The notes: generated by a model not told the origin, from the sequence alone. Positions 1 through 12,385 are shown, numbered from the whole stretch's first letter. The stretch is DNA of 57,837 nucleotides, filler included, from Diploschistes diacapsis (GCA_023645945.1; 5 parts of 5 records of this genome joined end to end with filler, not necessarily neighbours in it), one strand, 5' to 3'. Translations and numbers: made by a program.

Positions 1-1384
1 AGGGTGACGAGGGGAGACGGGGGAAGGAGGAGTAGAGGGTTTTGGTCGTTGATGGAGGGTTGGGCACGATGGTTATTGTTGTGGATTTGGATGGGGTTTT
101 AGTGGTGATAGTGGTGGTGGTGGTGGAGACGGGCACGTTGGGTAAACGATACCGCGTGAAGGTCCCCCTGTATCCGTCCTGCCTCTTGAGAAAGTCCACG
201 GCCTGCGGAGACGACGACACGAGGTTGTCGTAGTAGAATCTGTGCAGCACCGACAGGTCCTGATATGCGATGAGATCCGCCACGATATCAACCTTCTTCT
301 CCTCCCCCTCTTCCGTCATTGACGCCTCCTCGTACGCATTGATAGTATGGAAGCAGAAGAAGGCCGGGCTATGGTATGTGGCCAGCAACCCCCTGCGTGC
401 AGGGCTCCGGTCCACGACGTACCAGCGCGCCGGCTCATTTGGGTCGAGCGGCGCGATACTGTCGAGCACGTTTCGATGATAAATAATGGCGGCGCCGCGG
501 TAAGCGAAGTGCGCGTTCCAGACGCAGAGAAGGACGGTGTTTTGCGTGAGGAAGATGGAGTGCAGATATGCGGGCGGTGCCTCGATGGTGGCAAGAACGT
601 CGGTCTTGCCGGTCGCGGCGTGGGCTTGCCAGATGCGGTATGTGCCGCGCCGCCCGGGTTCGAGGTTGTAGTTGAAGACATCGCCGGTTATGGGGTCGGT
701 TTTGGCGTGTGTTCCGGAAATAGGACCCTTTAGCGAGGGGTGCAGCGAAGTCTGGTTGCAAGCACCGATCGGCTCAAGGGTTTCTGGATCGAGGATTTGG
801 TATTTGGCGGCGTCCGTGCGGGCGGTTATGGAGCGGATGGGGGAGGAGCCGTCTGAGGTGGAAGGAGAGCAGATGCCGGGCATGTCCGGAGTAAGGGCGA
901 CGCCGATGTTTTGGGCGTCGGCGTCGAGGTGGGATTCGGGGGAGAAGACGGACATGAGTTTCTTGAAGAAGGATTGGCATGGGTCCCGCTTCTGGGCGAA
1001 GGAGAAGTCTTTGAACTTGCCGGTGCGGCGGATGCGTTCGATGAGCTTATCGGCCGTGCAACGCGAGTTGTAGGTGACTTCCACAGGGCCGCTTTCTCCA
1101 GCTTTAATGTGGAAGCGGTGGACGACCGTGAGACCATCGAACCAATGCTGGGCTTCGAACTGCTGGCCGTCGTCACATTTAACAATGTGTACACCGGGCC
1201 CGGTGCGGTAGAGAGTGCCTGCGGCGTAGGCAGGTATGTCGCCAGTAACTTTTAACTCGATAGGCTCATGCCGGACGAAGCTGGTCTCGAAGGCCAGGTC
1301 ATTGGGCCAATTGTTGAAGTGTGAGGATCCTGAGTGCGATGAGAACGATTGCTTTTGTCCAGCAGGTTTCAATTTCAGATCCAT
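1..1384 (-). CDS. Carotenoid cleavage oxygenase (RPE65 family), resembling fungal torulene dioxygenases CarT/CAO-2; 3' end runs off the window
   Basis: Intron-free frame from ATG 1384 to base 1, missing from the ORF track because it has no stop. Translation includes HFNNWPND...VTGDIPAYAAGTLYRTGPG...HWFDGL..VHRF...FSFAQKRDPC, and three of the four iron-ligand His contexts (SGTHAKTDP, AYLHSIFLT, FFCFHTINA). Confidence 0.9.
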   Translation of the reverse strand, partial: MDLKLKPAGQKQSFSSHSGSSHFNNWPNDLAFETSFVRHEPIELKVTGDIPAYAAGTLYRTGPGVHIVKCDDGQQFEAQHWFDGLTVVHRFHIKAGESGPVEVTYNSRCTADKLIERIRRTGKFKDFSFAQKRDPCQSFFKKLMSVFSPESHLDADAQNIGVALTPDMPGICSPSTSDGSSPIRSITARTDAAKYQILDPETLEPIGACNQTSLHPSLKGPISGTHAKTDPITGDVFNYNLEPGRRGTYRIWQAHAATGKTDVLATIEAPPAYLHSIFLTQNTVLLCVWNAHFAYRGAAIIYHRNVLDSIAPLDPNEPARWYVVDRSPARRGLLATYHSPAFFCFHTINAYEEASMTEEGEEKKVDIVADLIAYQDLSVLHRFYYDNLVSSSPQAVDFLKRQDGYRGTFTRYRLPNVPVSTTTTTITTKTPSKSTTITIVPNPPSTTKTLYSSFPRLPSSP

Positions 1385-3082
1385 GTCTTTGTCTGTCGTT
1401 GCGTCTACCGTAGTAGATGGTGATGGGAGTACAGCTTGAGAAAATAAATGTAGGATACAGCAGTGAAGTCTTTTAATATAGAATTCGGAAGCCTCTCCGG
1501 AATGATGTGACTGCGTACTAGAACAAGACACCAAGAGGAAGGAATCAGCATACCTACGCTCTCTTGTACAATCTATCAAGACACCGCCACAAAATGACAA
1601 ACTCTCGGTCTCTATGGTCACGGACCACGACCAACACCTGCATCTCTTCATACCAAGTAGGCACTAGATTAGACCAACTCATGGTCTCACCAACCTATTT
1701 AGTGCCCGCTACTCAAACCAGGTCTCATTGGCCACGGTTGAGCGAAAGAAACGAGAAGATTACCTTAGAGAGAACTAGGAGCACCAAAAGTAACGCCACA
1801 GGAGCCACCGATCTTAATGAGCCGTGGTCCTGGACCATTGAGGTAATTAACGGATAACGGCCCTTCTTTTGTTCAATATAACTTCACAAGTCTAACTCCA
1901 GGATATGAGATGGCCATGATTGCACGCAGTACTTCAAGCCTCGCAGGCTTCCATGGGCATGATATGCTATAGCCGTATACCAGGCGGTTCTTGACTTTGT
2001 CGAGCAACGGACACGGTTTTCCAGTACCTCTCCTTTCTCTTCCTCGGATATCGTCCCCATCCCCACTATTGCCGAAATAACATAATAACAGATACTCTTA
2101 GAAGGACAGTAATCACCACCTAGCCACACTCCGGCCCCAGCTTCCCATACGTACGTCGTAGAAACTGCAACACCTCCATATCCTGTCCGCTGCGGGCCAG
2201 GGAGGCGGTAGCGAACAGGGCAGCCACTTGCTCCTCCTTTACAGACCGAACGACTGCCGGTTTCGCCCCGTAGCGTCATTAGCGCATCGAATCCAGGAAC
2301 TCTTCGCGAACGTCCAAAAAGAAAGCAAGCACTACTGCCCAAGCTTTATTTCCCAAGGGAGTTAGGATCACGATGGGCCCCGTGCAAAACAGGCAAGGGC
2401 AGGGGATGATCCTATTCAGACCCTAATATCCAATCAGAGCACGTGCCAAGCGAGATCTCTGCAGATTAGCCGAAAACGCGATTTGATTGGTTGGATGAGT
2501 CAGCCCCAGCTTACCCCATGTCTATACAGCCCTACAGGAAGCTTCGCTTCTCTAACATTTTCCACCCCCTTCTGGTGCGATAGAGATCGAACAAAGGTTG
2601 CATGGTTTGATGCCCTAACGTTACCCTCCAGGACGGGGAACCGTTTCTAGAGGATGTACATCGGATGCATCCTGCAGTGGGGAATGCCATGCATGCCGCT
2701 AAGAGCCTTGTCTTGAGGACGGCATGCTGTCTACGAATGATTCTAAAGTAGGACGTAAGTTATTTATTTCATTCAAGCTACTACTCAGCGTATCCTACCA
2801 ACGAGGTCAGCGAGCTAGTACTGCTACAATTATGAAAATTTGAATGAACCTCTGCGAAGGTGGGTCATGGCAACATGTAAAGTGCGTATCGCTTCATGAA
2901 TCATTTGATTGGGCATCTCCTGGCGTTTCTTCATCAAGTCTGCTACCACACAACGAATGCTGTTATCGCTCTCATGGAGATCACCAGCAGTTCTCGGTCA
3001 GATACCGTGAAGAAAGTGGGAGCGGCAGGAGACAATGACTGCGCCAGCCAGCCAAGTCTTGCCCTCCATGGCAAGCCAATAT

Positions 3083-4226
3083 CTAAGAGGGCCGAGTAGA
3101 AGGTCCAGCAACAACAATGCTACTGTCATCGCTCTGCTCCTCCTCTGGCAGCCAGCCCACAACCGCACCCTCCTTCATGTCCACATCCTCGAAGAACTCC
3201 ACCTTTTCCCTCTTCTCTATGAGGTACTTCTCCCAGTCCTTGATCTCGCGGAGGTCTGGATGGTAGAGTGCCTGTGCCAAGCTACCCTGGTCTTTCACGC
3301 GCACCATAGTGTAGGTGTGCTCAAAGATTTCGCCGCCGTTGGGGAGCGGGTGACGCTGCTGACCGTGAGTTGAGACGCTGTACCTGCTCACGCTTATTAG
3401 CAAACACATAGAACGGTGGACAAAGGGGCACCTACAAGCCATCATAGCGAACTCCGGCCCTAGGCGCGCGAGGAGAATTGAGCTTATGGTCGCGCAGGAT
3501 ACGAACGGGCCTGTGGGCGGTCAGGTTCTTTCCCAAGGCACGACGCCATGCGCCTCTCCACAGCCTCAGTTTGAATTCCTCGTCGGTGCCAGTCACCATC
3601 TCATCGTCCCCAGTGATCACCACGGCATAAGCCAGCGTCTTGTTGCCGGAAATGCAGTCCTCGATACTGGAAATGATCCCGTCTCGCATTGCAGCCGCAG
3701 TGTTGATCCACCAGCTGTTCACACCGTCAGCATGTGAATTGTCCTTCCACATGTAAGCTACTCACCTCCCGACGCGGAACCCCAGGTCCCCACTTTTGAG
3801 CGCATCCTCAACCGTCTTCCCCTCCTTCATCTGCACGACCCACCCCTTCTTCCACATCCTATCTCTCACCTCGACGCACCCCTCAAGCTTCCCGTCTTCG
3901 TCCCAAAGCCCCCCGCCAAGTCCCTTGAGCCCGCCAACCTCCTTCTCCAATTTCTCCAGCGCAAGCTCCGCCTTCTTAACATAGCCTTCCGGCCATCCGC
4001 CTCCCGGTTCCGCCATTTCCTTAAAAGCCGTGTGGATCTGCGTTTCCTTAACGAGGGTACGGGTGAAGGGTGTCTGACTGAGATCGGTGAAAAACTGGTT
4101 GAGGTCGTCGCACAGCGTTTTGGTGAAAAGTTTCTGGGTTGCGGTGGGATCGATAAGGAGGGTAGGGCAGAGGTCCGAGATGGTGTCACGCCATGTGTAC
4201 AGGGCGAGAGGGGTGAGAGGTGCCAT
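3083..4226 (-). CDS. Stand-alone SRA/YDG-domain protein (3 exons)
   Basis: Intron 3715-3765 (GTGAGT..GCTGAC..CAG) joins GDLGFRVGS-WWINTAAAMRDG. A second intron (GTAGGT..GCTAAT..CAG, about 3384-3436) completes RPVRILR..SPRAPRAGVRYDGLY, the YDG signature. Stop at 3083. Confidence 0.8.
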
Positions 4227-5783
4227 GATGGTTCGGTGAACACTCTGAAGGAAGTGATCCGGAAAAATAGATGGAGCGAAGGTAGTGGAGGAGGAACGGA
4301 AGAGGGCGGAGAGTGGGCGGAGAGCATTAAGTGGTGTGTGTTAATGGCGCGGCAGGGGTTGCGAAGAGGTTATACTGGTGTCGACGGAATTATCGTTGTG
4401 AGCGGATGGAAGCATGGTTTTTCCTCTGTGTTTTGAAGGACGCTGGACGATGCTGTCTGGATGTTTTCATTGTGGTTAGACTTGTGTCGATGCGTCTTCA
4501 TAATCTCATGGTTCAATTTTCCGTCAATGGTGTTGCTCGTTGCTCAGATGGGGGAGTGCGGCCATAAATGAAAGTCCAGCGGCATCTTTCCATCAACGTT
4601 CCCAACGACAGAAAAATTGGAAGGCACGTCTGTGCTGCTCTTGCCAGATACAGCAAGTCCCAGGATCTCGGCCACACTCACTATGATGCCTCACCTACTG
4701 CACGACGTATCCTCCCCCGTCGCTACCGCCTCTTTCATCCCTCATCGTCATGAGTTCAAGCCGCAAATTCCAGAATCACAAGCCCCAGAACCCGAGCACA
4801 ATCCCCAAAGCCACAGATATCTGAAATGGCATCCCCAGAGCTACAACCTCAGAGTGTCCCAGAACACAGTATAATCCCACGCAGTGCCGTCCTTCGATGT
4901 CCATCTATGATTATGAAAACGCACGGAAATACAGATATATGGTCTGGAGGTAGGAGATATGGAGGGAACGAGGTTCTCTAGGTGAAGAGGTTCGAAGGTA
5001 ATGCCCATGCCATGACATACTCTCCTTGCCCTGATTGCCCTTGGTTGATATTGGCAGTGAAGCATGTATCGGAGTTAAGTAGTAGGTGTTTATATAAAGA
5101 AGGAACGAAATGGAGACTGAATAGGGTGAATAGATTGAATGGGTCGGACGGAATGCTATATAAATGCTGCAACGAAGAATGATTTCGGCAACAGATTAAT
5201 CTCCGAGCTTCGCACATGGGAATGAATGGAAAGAAGAATGGGATGTACCTGGATACTTCTGTCGTACTAACGAAATACCTTCCGCCCAGTACTACCAGTG
5301 CGGAGGACAAGCTCTCGTTACTCTGTACGCGTATACATCTTTGGGTGTACTCTGTACAGCCAACAGGAAAGAATAGAGGCCGATAAACCGGGCACACTGT
5401 GGACGTGCCTTGGGGAATGGGCAGCTGAATGGTAGAGAGAGCATCAGGGACTTCTAATCAATGTCGAACGAGTTCAATTACGCTAACTACCTTGCCTAGG
5501 CGAGCTGTATCCGCTCCCTTACTTTGCAGTAAGTCTCTGGGATCAATATTCTATCCACTCCCAGTCCGCATCGCCAGATAAGAGACAGGTATATACATAT
5601 GCTCATGAAGGTCTTCTTTCCCTGCTTCTCTTCATCTAAGCCCTTTCAAATTCCGGACTCCAGCTATCCATGCCTCGCTATGCTCTCTAAACCTTCCCAT
5701 CAAATTGCACAGTGCACCCACCCAGACCCTTGTATCCTCGGGCAATGACCAACAGTCTCTCATCCACCTTTGAAGTAGCCACA

Positions 5784-8344
5784 TCATTCACTCCAGTCAT
5801 CGTCGTCCTCGCAATCATCGCAATCCTCATCATCCCCGGCAATAGCTCTCGCGAGTAACTCCTCCGCAACTGTACCAACCCAGTCAGCACAATATCCATT
5901 TTCACGGCTACATAGACATATACTCACAGTTCTTGAAATCTGGCGTGGTCTCCGCATACCTCCTCTCCAGCACCGCCACCATCCTCTTCGTAACGTCCAC
6001 AATATCATCCCCCGTATCGTAAGACCCGTCCGTCGCGTCAGGGCTCCCCGCCAATGAAAACGACGCTGACGACGAGGGAAAGGAGGAGGAGGTAGAATCG
6101 TCGTTGTTCGTGGACGCTTTGTCGAGAGCGGCCAACACCTGGCTAAACGCAGCTTCAGGTTCAGCGTCGGCGTAAGGCCGGGCCTTGGCTTCCCGACCTC
6201 GAATCGGGATCTGCTCTTCCACACTCCTCCTTCTTTTCCTCGTCGGGGCAGGAGCTGCACGCCTATGCACTATATCTCCCAGCACTCCCCGTCGTCGAAG
6301 CGCAAAGCGTTTACGCGCCTCCTGCTGGAGTGCGTCCCTGCGCGAGAGCTCGGCGGCACGGCGCACTTTGGCGGGCGAGTTGTACATTGGGTGCGAGGAC
6401 ATGCGGCCGAAAGAGGACGCATCTAACGTTCTTTCCTGCAGATGAAGATCGGAGGAGCCGTAGGCATCGCGAGGATAAAGACCTCGCGTCCAAATGCTTC
6501 CGGAATCAGCGTCCCTCTTATCGTGGGCGTTGTTCTTGTCTTCTTTCTTAGTATCGGTCGAAGAATCCTCGTCCTCGTCGGTCTTGTCCTCTGCGTTCTC
6601 CTCTTCTTTTTCTGCAGGGCGCTTATGGCCGGTTTTTTTCTTGTCTTTGGGCTTTTTGTTGGCGGTCTTGTTGTCTTCCTTCTCGTCATCCTTTTTGTCG
6701 GCCTCGTCTTCTGGCTTGTCGGAGTCGTCCTCGGAGTCCTCATCGGCTTCGGGCTTGTCAGACTTCTCTTCATCTTTGCTCGCCTCTTTCTTTTTCTTCT
6801 TCTTCTCGTCGTTCTTTTTCTGGTTGGCCCGTAGCGACTTATAGAGCTTGTCAAAAGTCTTGCCAAAGATACCTGGAGACGGCTTTGTGGATTGCTGGTT
6901 CTCTTTCGCATCCTTCTTCTTCTCGGGCTTGCCCTGTCCTTCAGAGTCCTTGTCGTCGGCCGATTCGGATTTCTCGTCGTCATCATCATCCTCTCCATTC
7001 TTCTTTGAGACTGGCTTGTCCTTCTTGTCATCCTTTTTCTTCCCAGCCTCATCCTTGTTTTTTGAGGGAGCATCGGAGTCGTCCGCGAGCTTTTCGTCTC
7101 TACTCTTGACTTCTCGTTGTACCTTAACGGACTTCGCTTTGAGTTTTGACTTTTCCTTGTTATCGTTTTCCGGTTCCTGGTTCTCTTTCTTCTCGCTATT
7201 CTTTCCCTCTTCGTCCGCCTTTTTCATTTCGGCTTTTTCTTTCTCCTCTTTCTTGCCCTCGTCATCTTTTCCATCTTCCTTCTCCTTCTTCTGATCCTTG
7301 TCCTCATCCTCATCCTTATTATCGTCCTTATTCTCCTCCTTGTCCTTACTTTCACTGTCTTCTTTCTCGCCCTTATCCTTGTCCTTATCCTTCTTCTCAT
7401 CCATGTCCTTCTTCTCCTCATCCTTCTTCTTATCCTTGTCCTTCTTTCGATCCTTATCCTTCTTGCCGTCCTTGTCCTTTTCCTTATCCTTCTTCTCATC
7501 CTTGCCCTTGTCTTTCTTGCCATTCTTATCCTTATCCTTGTCTTTGTCATCATTGTCACCTTCCTCGTCTTCTTTCGTCAAGTCCTTACCCTGACAGAAG
7601 TTGTCGGCCTGCGCGGTGTCGGAGCCCTTTGGAAACAAGCATACAGCGCGCATAACCTTGGGCTTGCCATCGGTCTGCGCAACGACAGCGCGGACGCCCA
7701 ATGGCTTGCGGTCCAGAATGATGTGTTTGTAGGCATCGAACAGGAGGCCGGCGGCATGTTCTCCAGCCATTTCCTTCTTGTTGGCCTCGGTTAGGCGCGC
7801 GACGATGCCTGCATGGTGGATTTCTGCGGCAAAGACGAGTCCCTTTTGGACAGGGTGTTTCAGGTGGATGACCTTCTCTTTTGAAACCTTGGTCAAGAAC
7901 TCGTCCATATTTTTGAGATTAATGGACTTGAGTTTCTTCGCATCGTGCTTGATATCCTTCCGGAGTTTCCCCGTCGTGGTGTCGGAGACGGTCTCGCACT
8001 TGAACTCCTTCGAGCAGACGCCGCTCGAGGAGAAGTCGTTCTTGGACTTTGGGCCAATCTCTTTGCTGACCTTATCCGAGACCTTTTGCCATTTGTTGAG
8101 GAACTCCATGTGAGCGACATCTTGCAGGAATGCACGCGCCCTGCCCTTGGCTGGTTTCCAGTCAAGATTCTTCACATCTTGGTCCAGCCTCTTCACTTTG
8201 ATGCGAGTCTCATCCTTGGCCTTTTTCTCCTTTGCTTCCGCAAGAATGGTGATTACGAGTATAGTAAATAACAGAAAGAGCTAGACCCGTTAACTTTGCC
8301 TGGGTGGTAATAAATTCGCGGCTCACAGAGTGTCTGGATTTCAT
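5784..8344 (-). CDS. Secreted Lys/Asp/Glu-rich low-complexity protein of unknown function (3 exons)
   Basis: ATG 8344, 18-nt exon, intron 8281-8326, giving signal peptide MKSRHSLFLLFTILVITILAEA. Long middle exon. Last intron (GTGAGT..GCTGAC..CAG, about 5870-5927) gives the C-terminus NFAEELLARAIAGDDEDCDDCEDDDDWSE*. Confidence 0.75.
6520..7580 (-). repeat. Coding low-complexity K/D/E tract (KDKDKD, KKDKDK, DEDSEDD-type repeats)
   Basis: Plus strand dominated by ttc/tcc/tct/gtc triplets; the translation is mostly K, D and E. Confidence 0.85.
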
Positions 8345-9324
8345 GCTGCCGCAAAAGCGCGGCCGTGTTATTACAGTTTAGTCAAATTATATAAGTACAG
8401 CAGCTACTGTCAAAGTAACCGAAGAAGTGGATGCACCCCGTCGTGCCCAGCGAGGGGTACGAATATGACAAGAATCAGATCTCAATTGTAAAGCGCTCAA
8501 ATTTTGCTACAAGACATGAGGAGAAAAGGTCATCAAACACAAGGGTCGTACATACAAGCGAGATGGGAAAAGCGAGAGAACCAGAAACATGGCAATATGG
8601 ATAAGATATACCAACGGCAGCGAAAAGTCATCCTATCATAAATCCACAACGATCCGAAGAACGATGGCTTGCATGTTGGAGCAACACATCCAACGTTTCC
8701 TTCTGTCCAACTATGCTTTCTGATTTGGCACCTCCAAGTTCCAACAGCGTTCTGACAAGTGCGGTGCGGCGCTGCAAGGCTTAGCCGTTCCAGGGCCGGT
8801 TGGTGCTTGGCTTGTCTATGCGCACGCCCACAGTTGAACAACAAAGTAAAAGTGCTTCTGTCCGCACTCAAGCTCAGTCTCCAATGAACACAACGAGAAC
8901 GGAAAGAGCAGAAAATGGATTCCGCCCGAACCTCTGATTGTGTGAAGAAGAAACCTGAAGAGATGTGGGGTTGGCGCGAATACGGAATACCGCGTGGTTT
9001 TGTGCAAAGCGCTACAATAGATCAAGTTTACCAGGGAGATTACAGAGGCTTTCTGCACGCTCAATCATTTTTGAAACCATATTGTGTAAATGTGAGGGAA
9101 AATAGTATCTTGATTGAATGCGCAGATTCATATCTAATCGCTCCCATAAGTCGTCGCCGTCGAATTTCGAGTGTCATCGTAGTGACCTCGGCCGGAGCAG
9201 CGCTTCCTTTGCGGAGTCGAAGGTGAAGGTATGTTGTGGTCCCAGCATGGGGAAATGCTCGGCGCGCTTTGAATTTGAGCGGCATCGATCAGCGCATCCA
9301 GTGCTCTGGTAACTTCTGTAAGGT

Positions 9325-10488
9325 CTAGAACCTCTCGGCGGTAGGTGATGGTCGGTGCGCCCAGGGATCGTTGAACGTCATCGGAGAACCCTCGGCTCGT
9401 GATTTATTGTATGCTCCCGTGTTGATTGGAGGAGGGACAAGAGTCGCCTTCTTGTATCCGGCAACTGGCTCGTCGTCTTCATCCTCGGAAACTTCCTTGA
9501 TGGAAGGAAGCTTGGATCCTTCTTTCTTGTATCCGTGGCGGATGGTAGTGTACTCTTGGGGCATGATTTCCGCCGGGTTAATAAGGCTGAAAATGATCAA
9601 GACAGCTAGGCACAGATTAGAATATGTCGAGCTACTCGGGTGATTGCTACTAACCAACGATCGGCAGAAAGTCAAATAGGTAGAAAGTCCACTCGTAATC
9701 TCGGAGATAGTTGTCGCCGGCATTGATTGTGAAGGACAGGCAGCGATAAAGTGAACGAAGCTGACCAAGTCAGAAGGAGTCACATGTATGGAGCTTAACG
9801 GGGGGCTTACCGTGATGATGAACATGGATCCAGTGTTCACCCATGCGAGCTTCCTCCACTCTGCGCTGCCATTTGGCCAATCATATTTGAAGCTTTTGCT
9901 TGAAAACATGAAGCGGAAACTGGCGACAGTGAAGAGGAAAAACACGGCGATTTGCCAGAAGAAAGCGACCTTGAGGATCTGGTAGGGGATGTCTCGTTTC
10001 TGGGCGTCCGTCAGGCCACTCTTATTTTCGTTCGAAATGAACACGAAAATTCCAACGCAAGAAATGAAAAGCGCGCAACAGTCCAATGATACAAAGGTCG
10101 TCGTTACCCATCGAGCAGGTACCCATGTGTAGCGGACAGTCCTCTTTTCCGCTGGTGAAACCCAGTAGATGATTCGTCCGTATGTCATGTACGCGGTAGT
10201 CGCGATGAAGGATGGGGCGATCGTAATCAGCAAGTATGTCATGGCCACGGCACCGACGTTGTCCGGCTGCTTGATTGCCACGACGCGCGTCCAGTATCCA
10301 GAAACTTGCAAAACAATACCAAACATGAACAGATACAGATAGTAGCCGCGGTAGCGGAAGACTTGGTAGAGATGAACGAGAAAGAGAATCGACATGATGA
10401 CACCTCCGATCCACGCCATTGGCATGGAAGCATTGTAACCGAACATGGACGACGACGTCGTCGCAGCGGGAGCGGTCGTGTTGGACAT
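9325..10488 (-). CDS. RTA1-family (lipid-translocating exporter-like) multi-pass membrane protein
   Basis: ATG 10488 (MSNTTAP). Motifs APSFIATTAYMTYGRII and RWVTTTFVSLD. Removing introns 9761-9810 and 9606-9654 restores LRSLYR...EWTFYLFDFLP, the RTA1 C-terminal signature. Confidence 0.88.
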   Translation of the reverse strand: MSNTTAPAATTSSSMFGYNASMPMAWIGGVIMSILFLVHLYQVFRYRGYYLYLFMFGIVLQVSGYWTRVVAIKQPDNVGAVAMTYLLITIAPSFIATTAYMTYGRIIYWVSPAEKRTVRYTWVPARWVTTTFVSLDCCALFISCVGIFVFISNENKSGLTDAQKRDIPYQILKVAFFWQIAVFFLFTVASFRFMFSSKSFKYDWPNGSAEWRKLAWVNTGSMFIITVSPPLSSIHVTPSDLVSFVHFIAACPSQSMPATTISEITSGLSTYLTFCRSLVSSNHPSSSTYSNLCLAVLIIFSLINPAEIMPQEYTTIRHGYKKEGSKLPSIKEVSEDEDDEPVAGYKKATLVPPPINTGAYNKSRAEGSPMTFNDPWAHRPSPTAERF

Positions 10489-11221
10489 GCTGGGCAAATG
10501 ATCACAGATCTTTTGGCCTGCAAAAGATGCCAAAGCAGAAAGCTCGATGGAAAAAGGATGGAGAATACAATGACTGACCAGCGTAACGAGCAGAAAGGGA
10601 TTGGCGAGAGACGAAATAATAAAGGCTCTAGTGTCGCAGGGCAAACATTGTAGGGCTGGAAAAGGCTGTTGTGAGGGCGACGCCAATCGAGGTTGGTAGT
10701 TGGCCGCAGGGGTTGGTGGATGCTGAGTGAAGCGTTTTATGCCCAAACAACCATAAGGCCAACGATAAGAGGAGGTTATGAAGGAAGAGAGAGGCGAATG
10801 AGACATGCTCATACCTATTTTGAGCGTCGCTGTAAGCAAAATTTCCTGAAGATGACCAGATACAGGTGGTCAATATGAGGCCCAAACAATTTAGACGAAG
10901 TCTGCATGGAGATGCCTCAAAGCGATGACTTCAGAAGGTCTGGTCAAAGGTCTTAACAACACTCTCTAGATCTTGCAACTGTTCGTAATGAGAACAAGTA
11001 ACATACCAGGTAAAAATCGTTATGCCTCTTGAAAATTGAACCTCGGTATCTAGAAAACTGTAAAGCTTGACTTCGTATCGTACAGTAAGCTCCCATCTCC
11101 CAGGCTCCCTCCAAACAAAACCTCATCTACTTTTCGACAAGAATGCCCAATCTCCAATCTATAAGCTAACAATCTCCTTCCACCCACCAGCATCACCAAT
11201 ACCACTATATCCACACCCACA

Positions 11222-11491
11222 ATGGCCCCCGCCGCCGCTGCTGCCGAAGACTCAGGCCTCCGCTCCCGAGCGCCGGCCACCAAAGAAGAAGGCCCCACCA
11301 CATCTGCCTCTTTCTCATCCCCATCCTCCACCCCCAAACGCACCCTGGTCACCCCCCTGGACATCCTCCGCGTCGTCGCCGGCCTCGCCCTCCTCTCCAC
11401 CCTCCTATCCTACTTCGTAACCGGCACCGCGTTCTGGACCCGCGACCGTCCGCTCTGGACGCGGCCGTCGTGGATACGGGCTAGACTGGTA
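11222..11491 (+). CDS. N-terminus of a probable cytochrome b5-like heme/steroid-binding (MAPR-type) membrane protein, truncated by contig end
   Basis: LDILRVVAGLALLSTLLSYFVTG..W...RPLWTRPSWIRARL resembles the TM leader of fungal heme/steroid-binding proteins and ends at a probable GT donor just before the gap. The b5 domain itself is not visible. Confidence 0.6.
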
Positions 11492-11591
11492 NNNNNNNNN
11501 NNNNNNNNNNNNNNNNNNNNNNNNNNNNNNNNNNNTTAATTAATTAANNNNNNNNNNNNNNNNNNNNNNNNNNNNNNNNNNNNNNNNNNNN
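11492..11591. other. Artificial contig spacer (N44-TTAATTAATTAA-N44)
   Basis: 100-bp N run with a central linker giving stops in all six frames. Confidence 0.98.
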
Positions 11592-11870
11592 GAAGACGCA
11601 CAGCAACTCGGTCGGTCAGATGGTGCTTCCCGAAGATGTCGCCGGTGATGACGCGCGCCTGCGTCGTCTTGGCGATGTCGCTGACGCCGGACGGGAGGAT
11701 GGCGTCGCCGAAGTAGGTCTTGCCATCCTTGGCGACGAAGCGGACGAGGCGCTGGAGGTGGCTGTTAGCGCTTCTGGCTCGATGGGGAAGATATTGTAAA
11801 GGGGAAGCGGGAAAGAAAGAAATAAAGAAAGAGGGGGAGCTTTGGGTTCGCATACGCTAAAGGCAGGCAT
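11592..11870 (-). CDS. Fumarylacetoacetate hydrolase (FAH/FAHD) family protein, 5' part only
   Basis: MPAFS, then an intron (GTATGC..GCTAAC..CAG), then RLVRFVAKDGKTYFGDAILPSGVSDIAKTTQARVITGDIFG, a typical fungal FAH-family N-terminus. Cut by the spacer. Confidence 0.8.
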
Positions 11871-12385
11871 GGCGATTGGCGTCCGGATTGATTGCGTGGT
11901 AGTGTGAGTAACAGAGGAGGATCCGCTTATGCTTTCGCAGCCCGAATGGTCTATAAAGAACAATGATCGAAGGTTAAGAGGGGCTGTCAAGGTCCCCTTC
12001 AGCTAGGACGTCATATGATAATAATTTATTGTAGCTCTGTAGAAATCATTCCTAGAGTCCCATTCTTGAGATTATCTGCTACCCTTTAAGAGTATACCCT
12101 TTGAGCCTCTGAAAAGAACCCAGCTAAGTTTCATAAAATATCAATACACAACGAAATAGATTAACCATTGTGCTGTATGTTGAGGAGACGAGGCTCTTCC
12201 CGCTTTATATGTATTTATTAAGCTCATCATGTGACGAGGTGAAACAGAAACCTCGCTAGCAAAGCAATCACGACATGTATGCTTTCCAGTCAGAAACAAT
12301 CTATCTCCTGTTGCTTGATGCAGCACCCCGTCGAAACGCTTCCTACGTCAATACTCTTAGGAGAAGCAACCACCACGGGGCAAGC

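Noticed and set aside
1564..2342. ORFs 1564-1857 and 1884-2342
   Set aside because: Non-ATG starts, no recognisable motifs or codon bias; most likely intergenic.
6442..7655. Ser/Phe/Leu-rich plus-strand ORFs resembling membrane proteins
   Set aside because: Antisense shadows of the K/D/E-rich coding tract.
9325..10839. 504-aa intron-free version of the RTA1 gene
   Set aside because: The ORF reads through two introns (50 + 49 nt) by chance and loses the conserved LRSLYR/EWTFYLFD exon frame; the upstream extension has no family features.
11536..11547. TTAATTAATTAA palindrome as a regulatory site or transposon target
   Set aside because: It is identical at the centre of all four N runs, so it is an assembly linker.
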